Part shown: positions 38,999 to 39,945 of the stretch, piece after piece
Layout of the letters: each line of letters starts with the position of its first letter
How positions within the stretch are numbered: position 1 is the first letter of the stretch
Virus record (IMG/VR): IMGVR_UViG_3300047160_003852
Coordinates: 1-39,945 of that record
Strand: one strand, 5' to 3'
Length of the DNA: 39,945 nt
Origin: a virus
Notes under the pieces: generated by a model
Told to the model about the DNA's origin: nothing
Database searches by the model: none
The model's input: only the letters and a program-made list of their open reading frames with translations
Translations under genes and position numbers: made by a program

Positions 38999-39278
38999 CG
39001 TGAGCCCCTTCCTCGACCAGCCATTGCGCTCCGAATCCGAAGCAAGACACGACCGCCATCTATCCATGATGGAAGTGATCCGCAGGGCTGCGAAGGCGGA
39101 AGCCCAGCCTCAATACAAGCCGTGTCCTTGGTGCGGAACCGACGCGCCGCTTCCAACACGAGAAGTTGGCATGCTCGTCTACACAATCAGGTGTGGCAAT
39201 GAGGATTGCTACGCACAGCCGTCAGTATATGGCGCGACTATAGAGCAGGCTTGGAGCCGCTGGAACTCCCGCGCATGA
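38991..39278 (+). CDS. Lar-family restriction-alleviation-like protein (95 aa)
   Basis: GGAGG lies 7 nt before ATG 38991. KPCPWCGTDAPLPTREVGMLVYTIRCGNEDCYAQPSVYGATIEQAWSRWNSRA fits the Lar-type pattern (CPFCG ... C..C ... A..xWNxR at the C-terminus). Confidence 0.55.
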   Translation: MSNVSPFLDQPLRSESEARHDRHLSMMEVIRRAAKAEAQPQYKPCPWCGTDAPLPTREVGMLVYTIRCGNEDCYAQPSVYGATIEQAWSRWNSRA

Positions 39279-39323
39279 AATTCAGCCGGCGCCTCGCGGT
39301 TCTTCTGGGGCAGGGAAAATAAA

Positions 39324-39635
39324 ATGGTATCGCATCCTTCACGCGAATCAAATGGCAAAGAGCTTTATGTCGTCGTTACGACTGCACATCGCGGCGTGTT
39401 TGGCGGCTATGCAACCGAGACAAACAGCAAGACAATCAATTTGCGGCTTGTCCGCAATTGTCTCTACTGGCCTTCGAATGTCGGCGGCTTTGTCGGGCTC
39501 GCAACATCTGGTCCGAATAGCCAAACCAAGATTGGCCCCGCCGTCGAAACTATGACGTTGCATGACGTGACGGCAGTTCTCAAATGCTCGCCCGATGCCG
39601 AGAAGGCTTGGGTTAGCGCGAACTGGAAGTTCTAG
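39324..39635 (+). CDS. hypothetical conserved-looking phage protein (103 aa)
   Basis: …ELYVVVTTAHRGVFGGYATETNSKTINLRLVRNCLYWPSNVGGFVGLATSGPN… has protein-like composition. Its stop lies 2 nt before the next ATG. Confidence 0.6.
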   Translation: MVSHPSRESNGKELYVVVTTAHRGVFGGYATETNSKTINLRLVRNCLYWPSNVGGFVGLATSGPNSQTKIGPAVETMTLHDVTAVLKCSPDAEKAWVSANWKF

Positions 39636-39637
39636 CC

Positions 39638-39945
39638 ATGCAAGCGGCCCAAGTCCTTTTTGGGGAAGTGCCCGAGCATTTTAACGGCTACGGCGACGGC
39701 TCCGGCTACGGCGACGGCTCCGGCTACGGCTACGGCTCCGGCGACGGCTCCGGCTCCGGCTACGGCTACGGCTACGGCGACGGCTCCGGCTACGGCTACG
39801 GCTACGGCTACGGCTACGGCTACGGCGACGGCTACGGCTACGGCGACGGCTCCGGCGACGGCTCCGGCTCCGGCTACGGCTCCGGCTACGGCTACGGCTA
39901 CGGCTACGGCTACGGCGACGGCTCCGGCTACGGCTACGGCTACGG
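39638..39945 (+). CDS. 5' part of the (Gly-X)n low-complexity protein (continues at nt 33 after removing the 32-nt terminal overlap)
   Basis: ATG 39638 lies 2 nt after the upstream TAG. MQAAQVLFGEVPEHFN is followed by an uninterrupted G-[Y/D/S] repeat to the window end. Confidence 0.8.
   Translation, partial: MQAAQVLFGEVPEHFNGYGDGSGYGDGSGYGYGSGDGSGSGYGYGYGDGSGYGYGYGYGYGYGDGYGYGDGSGDGSGSGYGSGYGYGYGYGYGDGSGYGYGY
39686..39945 (+). repeat. coding short tandem repeat GGC-[TAC|GAC|TCC]
   Basis: Same single-codon-per-residue repeat as nt 1-180. The last 32 nt equal the first 32 nt of the window. Confidence 0.95.

Noticed and set aside
39686-39945. Arrays of short repeats at both window ends: a CRISPR array, att sites or a non-coding satellite?
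   Set aside because: The unit is 3-6 nt with no spacers. The arrays lie in one open frame that begins at ATG 39638 and continues into a globular C-terminal domain (181-528). The two ends overlap by 32 nt in frame. This is a coding low-complexity tract spanning a circular junction, not a CRISPR array or prophage att repeats.

Overview
The window reads as one complete, self-closing dsDNA phage genome of about 39.9 kb. The last 32 nt equal the first 32 nt, in frame, inside a single gene. It is GC-rich and very tightly packed, with many ATGA and 8-nt gene overlaps. A GcrA-like regulator, a SleB/Hydrolase_2-type endolysin and a perfect DnaA box suggest an alphaproteobacterial host. There are no tape-measure, sheath or tube genes, and there is a run of large internal-virion-type proteins, which suggests a podovirus-like virion. 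A divergent switch region at 38648-38776 separates two transcription arms. (i) The + strand arm runs 38777 -> contig junction -> 7839. It carries a Lar-like anti-restriction protein, a (Gly-X)68 low-complexity protein, an SSAP-like protein plus NinB, two adjacent HNH endonucleases, about 12 small proteins, a 623-aa Ig-tailed protein and an NrdR-like zinc-ribbon protein. (ii) The - strand arm runs 38647 -> 7708. It carries a Cro-like HTH, GcrA, a ~640-nt ORF-free hairpin-dense region, small proteins, a cytidylyltransferase-like/SAM-methyltransferase fusion, TerS, TerL and portal. These are followed by a nine-gene block of beta-rich/fibre-like proteins, scaffold, major capsid, a DUF115/Maf-like protein, tail/adaptor proteins, a GNAT-like ORF, four internal-virion-type proteins, one inverted HNH gene, an S74-chaperone tail fibre and a lysis cassette. 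I found no tRNA, rRNA, CRISPR array, integrase, DNA polymerase, primase/helicase or RNA polymerase. All functional calls are by-eye motif recognition plus synteny, not database searches. The items most worth following up are: the ORF-free structured region 36840-37481 with its DnaA-box palindrome; the Gly-Tyr repeat protein spanning the junction; the dispersed glycan-modification-like genes (DUF115/Maf-like inside the structural operon, SpsF-like/methyltransferase fusion before the terminase); the GNAT ORF that lacks a canonical start and lies in the -1 frame of the upstream tail gene; and the 252-nt repeat/hairpin-rich gap at 4226-4477.
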